Origin: Chrysemys picta bellii
Lineage: Eukaryota
Length of the DNA: 64,000 bases
Assembly: GCF_011386835.1 (NCBI RefSeq)
Contig: NC_088792.1
Location: forward strand, 243,102,001 to 243,166,000
Direction of reading: 5' to 3'
In this document: piece by piece, positions 12,599 to 24,337 of the stretch
How positions within the stretch are numbered: position 1 is the first letter of the stretch
Layout of the letters: every line of letters starts with the position of its first letter
The notes under the pieces: model-generated
What the model was told of the DNA's origin: nothing
Database searches by the model: none
Seen by the model: the letters and a program-made list of their open reading frames with translations, nothing else
Program-made: the position numbers and the translations under genes

Positions 12599-13435
12599 GT
12601 TCTTTCGAGTGGTGTCCCTATGGGTGCTCCACTGGGTGCGGTAGCTCCCCTGCACCTGGGGTTGGAGATCCCAGTGCCTGTTGTGTCGCACATGTGCTCT
12701 TCCCTGTCTCATGCTGTGAGTGGTGGCTATATAGTGTTGTGTGGTCCAACCACCCTCAGTTCCTTCTCAACCGCTCTTGGTCTAGGTTGGAATCCCTTGC
12801 AGAGCCCTTCATATGCCTGTAGTGCCTTTAGTAATATTAGTACTTCTGTGGCAAGTTCTTAGTTAGTGTCTGTTTCCTTTATTTTTTTCTTCCCTTTACC
12901 CCTTTAAAAATGTGTTTTTCTTTACTCTTTCCTCAGTTACTTTTTAGTTTAGCGTAGGTTTACTTATCTAACTTCCCTATTCAGGGTTATGCTCAGATCC
13001 TCCGGGTTTAAGAGCTGCCTCTCCTGTTGTGAGGCCATCCTCATGAGCGACAGCCACTGACGGTGCATATGCTGTTTGGGTGAGGGGCTCATATCACAGA
13101 AGTGTACTCACTGCCTCAAATTGAAGGCATGGGTTAGAAAAAATCGTGAATTGAGAATAAAACTTTTATTAATGGAGAACTCATTGTGACCACCCTCAGA
13201 TCCCAACCCTGATACCTCTCCTCTGCAGTGGTCACCATCAGCACTGTCATCTGCCAACCCCAACTGGTCGTGCACCATGAAGAGAAAATCTACACTCTTG
13301 TCAAGATGACAAGAAATGGGCACCGAGCTCGCCCACCAAGTAGCCACCTCAAAAAAAGGGTATCCCCTGTGAGGTTGGTAGCCTCAACATCTTTTCGAGG
13401 GGGACTTGACTCCTTTGACCATCCGGGTACTGAGG
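12599..13435 (+). mobile_element. DIRS retrotransposon family A: 5' terminal repeat and gag N-terminus
   Basis: Begins GTTCTTTCGAGTGGTGTCCC; TATA-like ctatatag and ctcagttccttctc motif; ATG at 12989 gives Cys-rich MLRSSGFKSCLSCCEAILMSDSH*RCICCLG. Confidence 0.8.
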
Positions 13436-16309
13436 CTCATGGTTATACCCTTCAGTTTATTTCTGTTCCCCCTCCTGGTCCCTTTTCAGGGACCCCTCTC
13501 ATGAGAGCCTGCTCCCTCAGGAGGTGCAGGGCCTTCTGCAGGTGGGAGCTGTGGATGAAGTCCTCCTAAATTTCAGGGGCAAGGGGTTTTACTCCTGTTA
13601 TTTTTTTAATCCCGAAGGCCAAGGGGGGTCTAAGACCCATCCTGGACCTGCGAGACTACAACAAATATCTCAGAAAGTTGAAGTTTTGCATGGTCTCCCT
13701 GGCCTCCATCATCCCTTCCCTGGATCCAGGAGACTGATCTGGCACCGTCGGTTTAAAGGATGCTTACTTCCATGTATCTATATTCCATGAACACAAACAT
13801 TTCGTGTGCTTTATGGTGGAGACCACCCACTACCAGTTTGCGATGCTCCCTTTTGGCCTAGCAACCATCACAATTGTGTTTACCAAGTGCATGTCGGTAA
13901 TGGCAGCTTACTTCAGACATCGTGGTATCAAGATTTACCTATACCTCGACAATTGGCTCATCAAAGGACCCAAGTCCAGCGCAGTGTCACTGTGCTGCAA
14001 ACCGCATGCCGTGCCCTGGGCCTGTTGATAAACAAGCAAAAATCAACGTTAAACTCTATCAGTTGGACTGGGATTATCAGAGTGGTACTCGACTCTGCCT
14101 GAGCCAGGGCATTTCTACCACCTGATAGGTTGAAGACAATGTCAAATCTCATTGCCAGCATGTCAACACACGGCTCACCATGGCCAGGGTCTGCCTCAGA
14201 TTATTGGGTCACATGGCAGCGTGCACATATGTCGTCCGCCATGCGAGGCTCAGGCTGCGGCCCCTTCAACTGTGGCTAGCCACAGTCTGTTTCCCGTCCA
14301 GGGATCATCTGGACAAGGTCGTCACAATCCCGCGGAATTTACCTCTCTGAAGTGGTGGACCGACCCAAGGGTGGTGCTGGAAGGATGCAGAATCCATGGT
14401 CTATGGTCTCCTTGATATCGGATGCCTCTGACCTCTGGCATTGTATATAAGTTACAGGAGCTGTCATTACATATAAACGTCAGGGAGCTCAGAGCCATCC
14501 GTCTAGCCTGCAGTGTCTTCCTGCCACAGATGTCCGGTCTAGTAGTGCATGTGTTGCCGGACAACACAACCTCAATGTTTTGTGTCAACAGGCGGGGGGA
14601 GCTCACTCTCGGCCCTCTGTCAGGGAGCACTTTGCCTGTGGGACTTTACATGCTGGCGAATCGCCTCAGCAGGTACTTTTTCTGTCACCATGAGTGGTCG
14701 CTCCACTTGGAGGTTGTCCGTGCACTCTTCCAGAAGTGAGGGACTCCCTGTTCTGTCTGGTAGTGAACAGGTCGACTCGGGAAGTGTCATCAGTTCTGCT
14801 CTTTCCAAGGCCTCGGCAGGGGCACCCTCTCTGATGCCTTTCTCCTGTCATGGGCAGGGGATTTGATGTACGCATTTCTGCCGATTCCACTGCCAGCACT
14901 GGTTCTGCCCACTCATGGATTTGGCCATGGCTGCACCGTGACCACTGCCCAGATACCCGGACCTGCTCTCGCAGGACCACAGTCGGCTCCTGCACCCGAA
15001 CCTTCCCTCTCTTCACCTCACAGCTTGGCTGCTGCGTGGCTGAACCCAGAGGGAATGGACCTGCTCTAGCCAGGTACAGCAGGTTCTCTTGGAAAGTAGC
15101 CCACCAGAGTGACTCACCCTGGCAGAGTAAAAGCAGTTCTCCTGCTGGGCGTTGGAGCGTAGCATCTCCCCCACTTGGTTGTCTCTGCAGTCTACACTGT
15201 GTTACTTGCTCCACCTAAAGCACCAAGGCCTCGCACTTTCATCCATCACGGTGCACTTGGTAGCCATATTGGCCTTTCATACACGCATCCTGGGCCAATC
15301 GGGTTCTCTCATGAGATGTCGATGAGGTTCCTAAAGGGCATTGAACGGGTCTCCCCCAGGGTCTGGAACCCAGTACCCCAATGGGCCCTCAACCTGGTCC
15401 TCTAGGCTCACAGGCCTGCCCTTTTGCTCTATGGCTTCATATTCCATCTCCCATCTGTCATGGAAAGTTGCTTTCTTTGTAGCCATTACCTTGGTGAGGC
15501 GCATATCTGAAATTAAGGCCCTCACTTCAGAGCCTCCGTATATGGTATTCTACAAGGACATCGTCCAGCTGCGACCCCATCCGATTTTCCTGCCAAAGTG
15601 CATGACCCTTTTCATGTCAACCAGGATATCTTCCTCCTGGTGTTCTGTCTGAAGCCACACTCCACCAATGAGGAGAGGCAGCTACACACTTTGGATGTCC
15701 GGCGTGCCCTAGCGTTCTATCTGGAGCACACCAAAGCGTTCCACAGGTCGACCCTGCTCTTTATCTTGACAGCGGATAGGATGAAGGGCCTCCCAGTGTC
15801 CTCGCAGACAATCTTGAGTTGGATCACCACCTGCATCCGGACCTATTATGAGCTGGCTCAGGTTGAGCCACCACTATAGTGAAGGCCCACTCGATTAGAG
15901 CTCAAGCGTCCTCGGTGGCCTTCTTGGCTCATGTCCCTAGCCCAGATATCTGCAGGGCCACAACGTGGTCTTCGATACACACATTCATGATGCACTATTC
16001 CATCACCCAGCAGGCAAGAGATGATAGTAGATTTGGCAGAGCTGTGTTACCTTTTCTCGCAACTGGTGTTGACCCACCCTCCTTCCCCACTGTTGGAGCT
16101 TCCGGCAAGGACCTGAGGGTGGGGGGAGCCAGCAGCGCCCCTTATACTGCGGCATACATGCGCCACTCCAGAGCCAGTCCCTTTCGGATACCACTGAGGG
16201 AAAAAAATCCAGCACTGGTGCATGTGGTGAGCATACATACCACAATGGAATAGACATGAGCAACACTTCTCAAAGAACACCAGTAATGAAAAAAGGTAAC
16301 TGTCTTTTC
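13436..16309 (+). mobile_element. DIRS family B: RT, RNase H, partial MT, tyrosine recombinase and 3' terminal repeat (dead)
   Basis: RPILDLRDYNKYL, LKDAYFH, YQFAMLPFGL, YLDNWLIK, LHINVRELRAIRLAC, WKVAFFVAIT, HTLDVRRALAFYL, KAHSIRAQASS; 3' end ggaatagacatgagcaacacttctcaaagaacaccag...ggtaactgtcttttc. Confidence 0.92.
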
Positions 16310-19300
16310 TGACACCCAGAATCGCTGCTCCCAATGGTTCACGCCTCTTCCCCAGAGATGCAACTCTTCTTCACCATCCATGACCACACCACCCTTTTCC
16401 AGTGAGAGAAAGAGAAGTACTTGGTTGTACCTCGTACTCCCCCATCATATTCAGGGGCTCCGCACAGAGAATCGTACCCCTGGTCTTTGGATATCGAGGG
16501 CAAAAGCAAACCAGGTCCTTGGCACGGGTACCTGTGTATGCAGCCCCATGTTCCTATTCCCCCACATGTGCCCTACTGGGACCCTTGGGCTGCATATAGG
16601 CCACACTTACCCAAACCGCCCAACGATCAGAAACAGACACACATACGCTCTCCAACCTCATTGCTATCTAGGCCTCCTAACCCAGAGCCAGAATTGTTAG
16701 AAGAGCATGAGGAAGAAATGGAGGAAGAAATTACACCACCAGCCAACGTCTCCTCATCCTCCCCTGATGAAGCCGTCATACCACCACCTCCAACATTGGC
16801 TGACAATTTTAAGCCATTTGAAGAACTTTTCTGTAGGATTGCGGACTCTCCTGGTCCCACTGGAGGAAGTTAGAGAGCAACAACACAAGTTTCTTGACAC
16901 ATTACAGGCCTCCACATCTGATTGAAGTACCATCTTTGCAATGAGGCCTTGTTGGACCAGCTAAGGTGATCTGGCAAACCTCTGCATCAATACCATCTAC
17001 CAGGAAGCGAGCAGACAATAAGTGTTATGTGCCTGCCAAGGACATGGAGTTCTTAGTGGTCAATGTAGTCGACACGAGATGATGACGACACCACCCTAGG
17101 ACAACCCCATATGACAAGGACTGGAAGAGACAAGACCTCTTCGGTCTCAAGGCATATTCTTCAGCCAGGCACCATTTTCGAATAGATAACTACAAGGTAC
17201 TTTTATCCAAGTATGATCATATGAACTATTCCAAATTCAATGAATTCACTCAGTCTCTCCCAGATAAAAAAGAGAAGTCCCAAGTACTAGTGACAGGAGG
17301 ACAACTCCTGGTACACATGGCGCTGCAAGCCTCTCTGGATGCTGGGGATATGGTGGCCTGTTCCATTGTGACTTCTACGGTAATGAGACGAGTCTCATGG
17401 CTTCACCTCTCAAGGTTGCCCAGGAGGTGCAGACAACTGTGGAAGATCTCCTATTTGAAAGGACTAAACTTTTTGCTGAGCACATTGATGAATCCCTTCA
17501 TTCATTAAAGGATTCCAGAGTGACTCTCTATTCACTTGCCATCTATACACCAGCACCAAAGAGAAGACAGGATAGATATCAGTCTATCCCGAGATCTTGC
17601 CCTCCACATTTCATTCCTTAACAGCATTATGATACACAACGTAGGCGAGAGTGACCTCAAATGCAGACAGACATCAACAAAGGTGGTTATGCCCCACCCA
17701 TCTGCCTCCAAACAACAATTTTGAAAATTTGGTTGAGTCACCGAGATGCCTCCCCCGGTCCAGATGCTGTAGCCACTTGAATTAATCCATCAGTTTGGTG
17801 ACTCTCTGACTTCATTCTACCCGACATGGTGGCAGATCACCTCTGACATGTGGTACTGGAAATCATCAGCAATGGGGATTCGATTTCAATTGCCAATCTA
17901 TTGCTTAACAGTGCGATTAAATCATGATTAAGTTTTTTGAGTTAATCTCATGAGTTAACTGATTTATCGACAGCTCTAATAAACCATATTGTGCGACTGG
18001 AAGCCGTAGAGCAGGTTCCATTCCAACAAAGAAGGAAATGCTTTTATTCCCACTATTTTCTAATCCAAAAGAGGTCTCCACCCGCTACATTTACCTTAGA
18101 CTTGAAGAACCTCCACAAGTTTGTCAAACTAGAACAGTTCAGGGTGGTCACACTATCGACAATAATCCCAGTACAGGAACAGGAGGACAGGTTCTCAGCT
18201 CTCAAGCTTCAAGATGTGTACTTTCATATTACCATACACCCTTCCCACAAGAGGTTCCTCAGATTTGTTCTGTAGTTCAGCCATTATCAATGCAAGGTAC
18301 TACTCTTTGGCCTCTCTATGGCAACAAGAGTATTTTTCCAAAGTCCTGGCAGTGGTGCTGCAAACAAGGGCTTATAATATTCCCGTATCTAGATGACTGC
18401 TTCATCAGGGCTCCATCCAGAGTTGATGCGCTCCAAGCCATAATAAAAATAACAGACCTTTTCTTGAAACTTGTCCTCCAGATAAACATATAAACATCAA
18501 CACTGACACCGGTACAACAACTTGAGTTTATTGGACCCCAGCTAGATGCTATAAAGGCCAGAACCTTCCTTACAGCTCACAGATTTTCCATAATAGTCAA
18601 TTTCATTTCCACTGTGAGGACCAGAATTTGCCTATGGTTGTTGCTAGGTCATATGACGGTGACCACATTTTTGGTAAAACTTGCCAGATTACATATGTGC
18701 TGCCTCCAGAAATGGCTACGAACAGTGTACAAACCCCACAGACACAGCCTGAATAAACAGCTATCGATACCAATCAAGGTCAAGGACTTCTTACACTGGT
18801 AGACACAACCCCAGAATATCTTCATGAGGGTTCCCTTCCTCCAACCATGATGATCCTTGATATTTATGACTGATGCCTCCCTATTAGGTTGGGGAGCACA
18901 TCTACAGACCTACATGGTACAGGGCAAGTGGTCCCCTTTGGAATTCACATTGCACGTCAACCTCCTAGAATTATGTGCAGTCTGCAACACATTCCTATGC
19001 TTTCTACCAATAATCGGACAAAATACCATAAGGGTAATGATGGACAACATCGCTTGCATGTTTTATATCAACAGACGGGGGGAGTGAGGTCTCAATTTCT
19101 GTGTACAGAAGCACTAAAATTGTGGAACTGGTGCATCCAACATGGTATCAACACCTCGGCTGTATACCTACCTTGACACCAGAACACCACAGCAACTCAC
19201 TGAGCAGGAAGTTCTCAAAGAACATGAGTGGGAGATAGACACGAGCCCTACCGCACATATTCAATCACTGGGGATTCCCCAACATAGATCTGTTTGCCAC

Positions 19301-19700
19301 ACCAAAGAACGCCAGATGCCCACAGTTCTGCTCAAGCGTGGGTCTAGGTCACCAGTCTCTGGGGAACGCCTTCCTCATTTCACGGGATGCACCTCTCCTC
19401 TGTGCCTTTCCACCATTTCCCCTACTATTCAAAGAGTTTCACAGGATACTAGTTGAACAAGCCAGAGTCATTCTCATAGCCCCAACATGGTCACGACAAA
19501 TATGGTATCCTTACCTCTTACACCTGGTGGTCTGTCCACCAGTCACCCTACAGTTGGTGCCCTACCTCCTATCACAGGATGCAGGTCAAATTGTCCACTC
19601 AGATCTAAAACTCCACCTGAAGGCATGACTCCTTCATGGTTCCAGGATACGGAGATGACTTGTTACGAAGAGGTAAAGGAGATTCTTTTAAATATCTGGT
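16310..19700 (+). mobile_element. DIRS family A remainder: gag middle/C-terminus, RT, RNase H, MT, start of YR (dead)
   Basis: ALQASLDAGDMVACSI, VQTTVEDLLFE, LQDVYFHITIHPSHKRFLRF, FMTDASLLGWGAHL, HVNLLELCAV, CAFPPFPLL...VILIAPTW; truncated by the Penelope element. Confidence 0.88.
17881..17978 (-). mobile_element. Terminal fragment of a TAG(A/G)GCTGTC-type hAT-like MITE inserted in the DIRS RT
   Basis: Reverse complement tagagctgtcgataaatcagttaactcatgagattaactcaaaaaacttaatc with TTAATC sub-repeats; interrupts the RT frame. Confidence 0.7.
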
Positions 19701-20640
19701 GTCACCTTCAGCCCCCAACTAAAACCTCTCCAGCGCATCATCAGAGATCTACAACCTATCCTGAAAGATGATCCTTTACTCTCACAGATCTTGGGAGACA
19801 GACCTGTCCTCGCTTACAGACAACCCCCCAACCTAAAGCAAATACTCACCAGCAACCACACATCACTGAACAAAACCACTGACCCAGGAACCTATCCTTG
19901 TAACAAACCCCGATGCCAACTCTGTCCACATATCTATTCAAGTGACATCATCATAGGACCTAATCATCAGCCATACCATCAGGGGCTCGTTCACCTGCAT
20001 ATCTACCAATGTGATATATGCCATCATGTTCCAGCAATGCCCCTCTGCCATGTACATTGGCCAAACCGGACAGTCTCTCCGCAAAAGAATTAATGGACAC
20101 ACATCTGACATCAGGAATCATAATACTCAAAAACCAGTGGGAGAACACTTTAACCTGTCTGGTCATTCAATGACAGACCTGCGGGTGGCTATATTACAAC
20201 AGAAAAACTTCAAAAACAGACTCCAACGAGAGACTGCTGAGCTGGAATTGATATGCAAACTAGACACAATCAACTCAGGATTGAATAAGGGCTGGGAATG
20301 GCTGAGCCATTACAAACATTGAATCTATCTCCCCTTGTAAGTATTCTCACACTTTTTATCAAACTGTCTGTACTGGGCTATCTTGATTATCACTTCAAAA
20401 GTTTTTTTCTCTTACTTAATTGGCCTCTCAGAGTTGGTAAGACAACTCCCACCTGTTTATGCTCTCTGAATGTGTGTATATATATCTCCTCAATATTTAT
20501 TCCACTCTGTATGCATCCGAAGAAGTGGGCTGTAGTCCACGAAAGCTTATGCTCTAATAAATTTGTTAGTCTCTAAGGTGCCACAAGTACTCCTGTTCTT
20601 TTTGCGGATACAGACTAACACGGCTGCTACTCTGAAACCT
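19701..20640 (+). mobile_element. Penelope-like element, 5'-truncated: GIY-YIG endonuclease (ORF 20011-20322) and terminal pseudo-LTR
   Basis: CNKPRCQLC, IYAIMFQQCPSAMYIGQTGQSLRKRINGH and HFNLSGH motifs, followed by the hammerhead-bearing terminal repeat. Confidence 0.93.
20513..20552 (+). ncRNA. Minimal type I hammerhead ribozyme motif (U4C variant)
   Basis: GCAT-CCGAAGA-A-[GTGGGC tgta GTCCAC]-GAAA-GCTT-ATGC: 4-bp helix I, 6-bp helix II, palindromic AGCT helix III, CUU triplet. Confidence 0.75.
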
Positions 20641-21243
20641 ATAATATATACAAATAATTTAAATTTAAAAAATGGCATCAATAACTCCTTCCATCAAATT
20701 TGAATGAGTTAAAAGGTGCAGCTTTTTTAATTATATAGACGAGAGGTGTGGGGACATTTAATTTGAGATCAATTCAAGCTTTATAAATGTCACAATATAT
20801 TGTACTAGCTACATTGTTTTCAGTCTTCTAGTGGAAAATTTAGTTTCCATGGACTAAAAAGCACTTGCCTATTTTTAAACTTTTAAAATAACTTCATGCT
20901 TTTTACATTTTTGATATAAGCTTTTCAGTATGTGTAGATCTTGTCTGCCCCACAAGCAGTCTGCAGGCATTTCATTTGGTATGTCAGACTTAATTGTGTA
21001 TACAAAATTGCTTGAGATTTGAGGGACAAAAATAGTGGTTAGGTGTTTGAAGCAGTAATTTCACTCGTTCTCTCTCCCACTCCCCCAGCCTCCCAATGTC
21101 TGCAGTATCTGTATTTCTAAAGTCCAATGTATTCTTTGCTACAGAATTGGTTCCAGAATCTTGGCATTCATTTTTTAAAAAAGTCCAATCCTTATGGTTG
21201 CAAAGATAACCTTGAAAATGTGAACTCTGTGTAACTGAGAAGG

Positions 21244-21418
21244 GGGAAGGATAGCTCAGTGGTTTGAGCATTGGTCTGCTAAACCCAGGGTTGTGAGTTC
21301 AATCTTTGAGGGGGCCATTTGGGGATTTAGTTGGGGATTGGTCCTGCTCTGAGCAGGGGTTTGGACTAGATGACCTCCTGAGGTCCCTTCCAACCCAAAT
21401 AATCTATGATTCTATGAT
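21244..21418 (+). mobile_element. tRNA-derived turtle-type SINE with CR1-like 3' tail
   Basis: A box tagctcagtgg, B box gagttcaatc, then ttggactagatgacctcctgaggtcccttccaacc and a TCTATGAT tail. Confidence 0.92.
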
Positions 21419-22565
21419 ACCCATTTGAGTCTGTAAACAGCCTGAAACAATAGTTCTGAGAAGGGTGAATTGCTTAGGTCACCTCACACAACGCTTTATG
21501 GACTCCATGATTCTGCAGTAATGGTATATTTGGTATTTTCCCCAAGATAACACAGAATTCAGCGTTTTTCTTGCACACCTCATTATTTCATTGCAGCAGT
21601 GTGCCCAGCACTTCGTTTTATTTAGGTCCCTGGAGCTGCTGCATACTCTGGACCTTTCTCCACAAGGGGAAATTAATTGAATTGCAGTGAATTCTCTCTT
21701 CACTGTTCTGTAGAATAAGGCAAAGGTATGTGCAGAGGGAGCAAGTGCTAGAGTACTGTTTGCAGTCAGGGAGGAGCAGGAACCAGAAGTGCTGGGCAGG
21801 TAGGCTGCCTAGGGAATAGAGCAGCAGCTGAGGCTTGAGGCTTGCTTCCCTGGCATGTACGAAGTGGGAGATGGAGATATTAAACTGAAGTGCCAAGTTA
21901 AAGTCCTAACTTCTGATCCACGCTGAGTTGGGTCATCTGGAGAATTCAGAGGACAAAATACTTAATCAGAAATAGTTGCTGAAAGCCTTTATTAACAAAT
22001 TGTACGTAAATTAATATTTTAAACTGATGCATAGTATTGTGTGTTTGGGGGTGGGATGGCTAGAATGAAGAGTATTTCATGGAACTACAATAAATTAACA
22101 GTGCTGGAGAATTTAGAAGTTCTTAGCATAAAATATAGAGTTGCTTGCCACAGAATTTGATATCTCTGTCCTGCAGACTTCACAGGACCCTGTATATATC
22201 TTATCTCTTTGCTCCTATGTAAATGTCTTACATGTTGTTGTTGTCATACCTGTTCAGGTTACAAACATAAATTAATTACATATGCACATATCCAAGTTTT
22301 GGCAGTTACATTTTAAATTATATATTTTTGTGACTAAACCCTAGGACATGGAGTCAGAGCTGTGGTCTTTTTCTGGCTCTTCTGCAGACAAGTTATTTAT
22401 CTTGTTTCCAGACGCTACTGTAACATCTCATCAGAGAGTAGGACCTCATTGTTGTAGGAACTGAACAAACAGGAAGAGATAGTCCCTGCACCAAAGTACT
22501 TATCATCTAAATAGAAAGAAACAACCTAATTTGTTTCAATCTAACTTCATTCTTTAAAAGGTCAA

Positions 22566-23534
22566 CTGGCCTAATGGATTGGGGGAAGAAGTAGACATGT
22601 ATCTTGACTTCAGAAAGGCTTTTGACATGGTCCTACATGACATTCTCAAACAAGGGAATCTTAGTCTAGTTCAAATTATTGTAAGGTGGGTGCATAACTG
22701 GTGAACGAACATACTCAGAATAATTATTAAGAGTTAACTGTCAAACTGGGCGCACATATCAAGTGGAGTCCAGCAGGGACTACATATTTTCATTAATTAT
22801 TTGGATGATGGAGTGGAGAGTAGGCTTATAAACTTTGCAGATATCAGGTTGAGGGGTTGCAAGCACTTTGAGGACAGAATTAGAATTTACAGTGATCTTG
22901 ATAAACTGAATAATTGGTATGAAATCAATATGGTGACATTCAGTAAAGACACCTGCAAAGTAGGAAAAGATGGAAAAATCACAAACACTATGGGAAATGA
23001 CTGGGCAGTAGTACTGCAGTAAAGGATCTTGGAAATTACTATAATGGATCACAAATTGAAACAGCACAGCAGGGTGCTGTTGTGAAAACAGCAAGTGTCA
23101 TTCTGGGATGTATTAACAGGATTGTTGTATGTAAGACATGGGATGTAATTGTTCCATTCTACTCAGCACTGGTGAAGCGTCAGCTGGAGTAATGTGTCCA
23201 GTTTTGGATACCACACTTAAAAATATGGACAAATTAGTCAGAGTCCAGAGGAGAGTAACAAAAATGGTAAGAGGTTTAGAAAACTTAACCTCTGAGGAAA
23301 GGTTGAAAGAATTGCGCATGTTTCATCTACAGAAAAGAAGGTTGAGTGGGGGTATGATAAGTCTTCAAATACGTAAAAGGTTGGTATAAAGAGGACAGTG
23401 ATTAGTTATTCTCCATGTCCACTGAGGGTTGGACAAGAAGTAATCAGCTTAGTTTGCCACAGGGAAACTTTAGGATAGAAAGTATTTCCTAATATCGAAC
23501 TTTAAGGATAGATAAGCATTGCAACAAGTTACTT
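22566..23534 (+). mobile_element. Old CR1 LINE RT fragment
   Basis: YLDFRKAFDMV-like motif, FINYLDDGVESRLINFAD, VRVQRRVTKMVRGLENLTSEERLKEL; many indels. Confidence 0.85.
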
Positions 23535-23785
23535 AGCCCAGGTCCTTAGCTAGAAGGCACAATAGAAATGTAAAACCATTACTTTAATTTGGTTATAAAA
23601 TAATATATCCTGTTCTGCTATATCTTAGTGACAGAAAGAAACTCACGGTTTTAGTTTCTCAGTTTATTTTAGTTTATACTTGTGGACAACATGTGAAGTT
23701 GGATATTTTTAAGTAAATTAAATGGGTATGTGTATAGACATATTAATCTTTTTCTTTTTTATAGGCTAAAGCTTTAGCTTCTGAC

Positions 23786-23855
23786 ATGGCCACAGCCTCA
23801 CCAAGATCTGATACCAGTAACAACCATAATGGAAGATTACAGATGCAAGTAACTA
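23786..23855 (+). CDS. WWP1: WWP1 first coding exon (MATASPRSDTSNNHNGRLQMQVT); exon starts at 23765 with 21 nt of 5'UTR
   Basis: Translation matches the WWP1 N-terminus. Pyrimidine tract + AG ends at 23764; GTAAGT donor at 23856; phase 1. Confidence 0.96.
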
Positions 23856-24072
23856 GTAAGTAATAATCTGTGTATTACATATATTAATATGTGGCCATTA
23901 GCCCAGAAAGTAGTCTTTTTCACGGTAAACAATCCTTTGTATCATAAAAACTGTGTAACCTTTATTGGTATAGACTGAGTTTGAGGGCAGTCTCAGAAAA
24001 TATTATCCCATGTCACTCAAACTTATTTACTTATTACTAATGTATAAATATCTTGGAAATAATACAAATTAG

Positions 24073-24168
24073 CAACAGAGGGTCCTGTGGCACCTTTGAG
24101 ACTAACAGAAGTATTGGGAGCATAAGCTTTCGTGGGTAAGAACCTCAACACGGCTACCCCTCTGATAC
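24073..24168 (-). mobile_element. Internally deleted Penelope pseudo-LTR derivative with 12-bp flanking direct repeats
   Basis: Same terminal sequence as the other PLE derivatives; aatacaaattag at 24061-24072 and 24169-24180. Confidence 0.85.
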
Positions 24169-24337
24169 AATACAAATTAGTTTCACAAGACATTTAAAAA
24201 GAAAATCGAGGATAAAAAGAAAAGCATAAAGTATTTTAGTATAAATCAGGATATTTTGATTATTTTTAGCAGGGTTTGTTTACACACTTGTAATGTTCAA
24301 AGTATGCTGTCTTTGTGCGGTCAGCAAAAATGAAATG

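Noticed and set aside
21244-21320. tRNA gene
   Set aside because: A/B boxes are present, but the sequence runs into a CR1-type tail without an acceptor stem; it is a SINE head.
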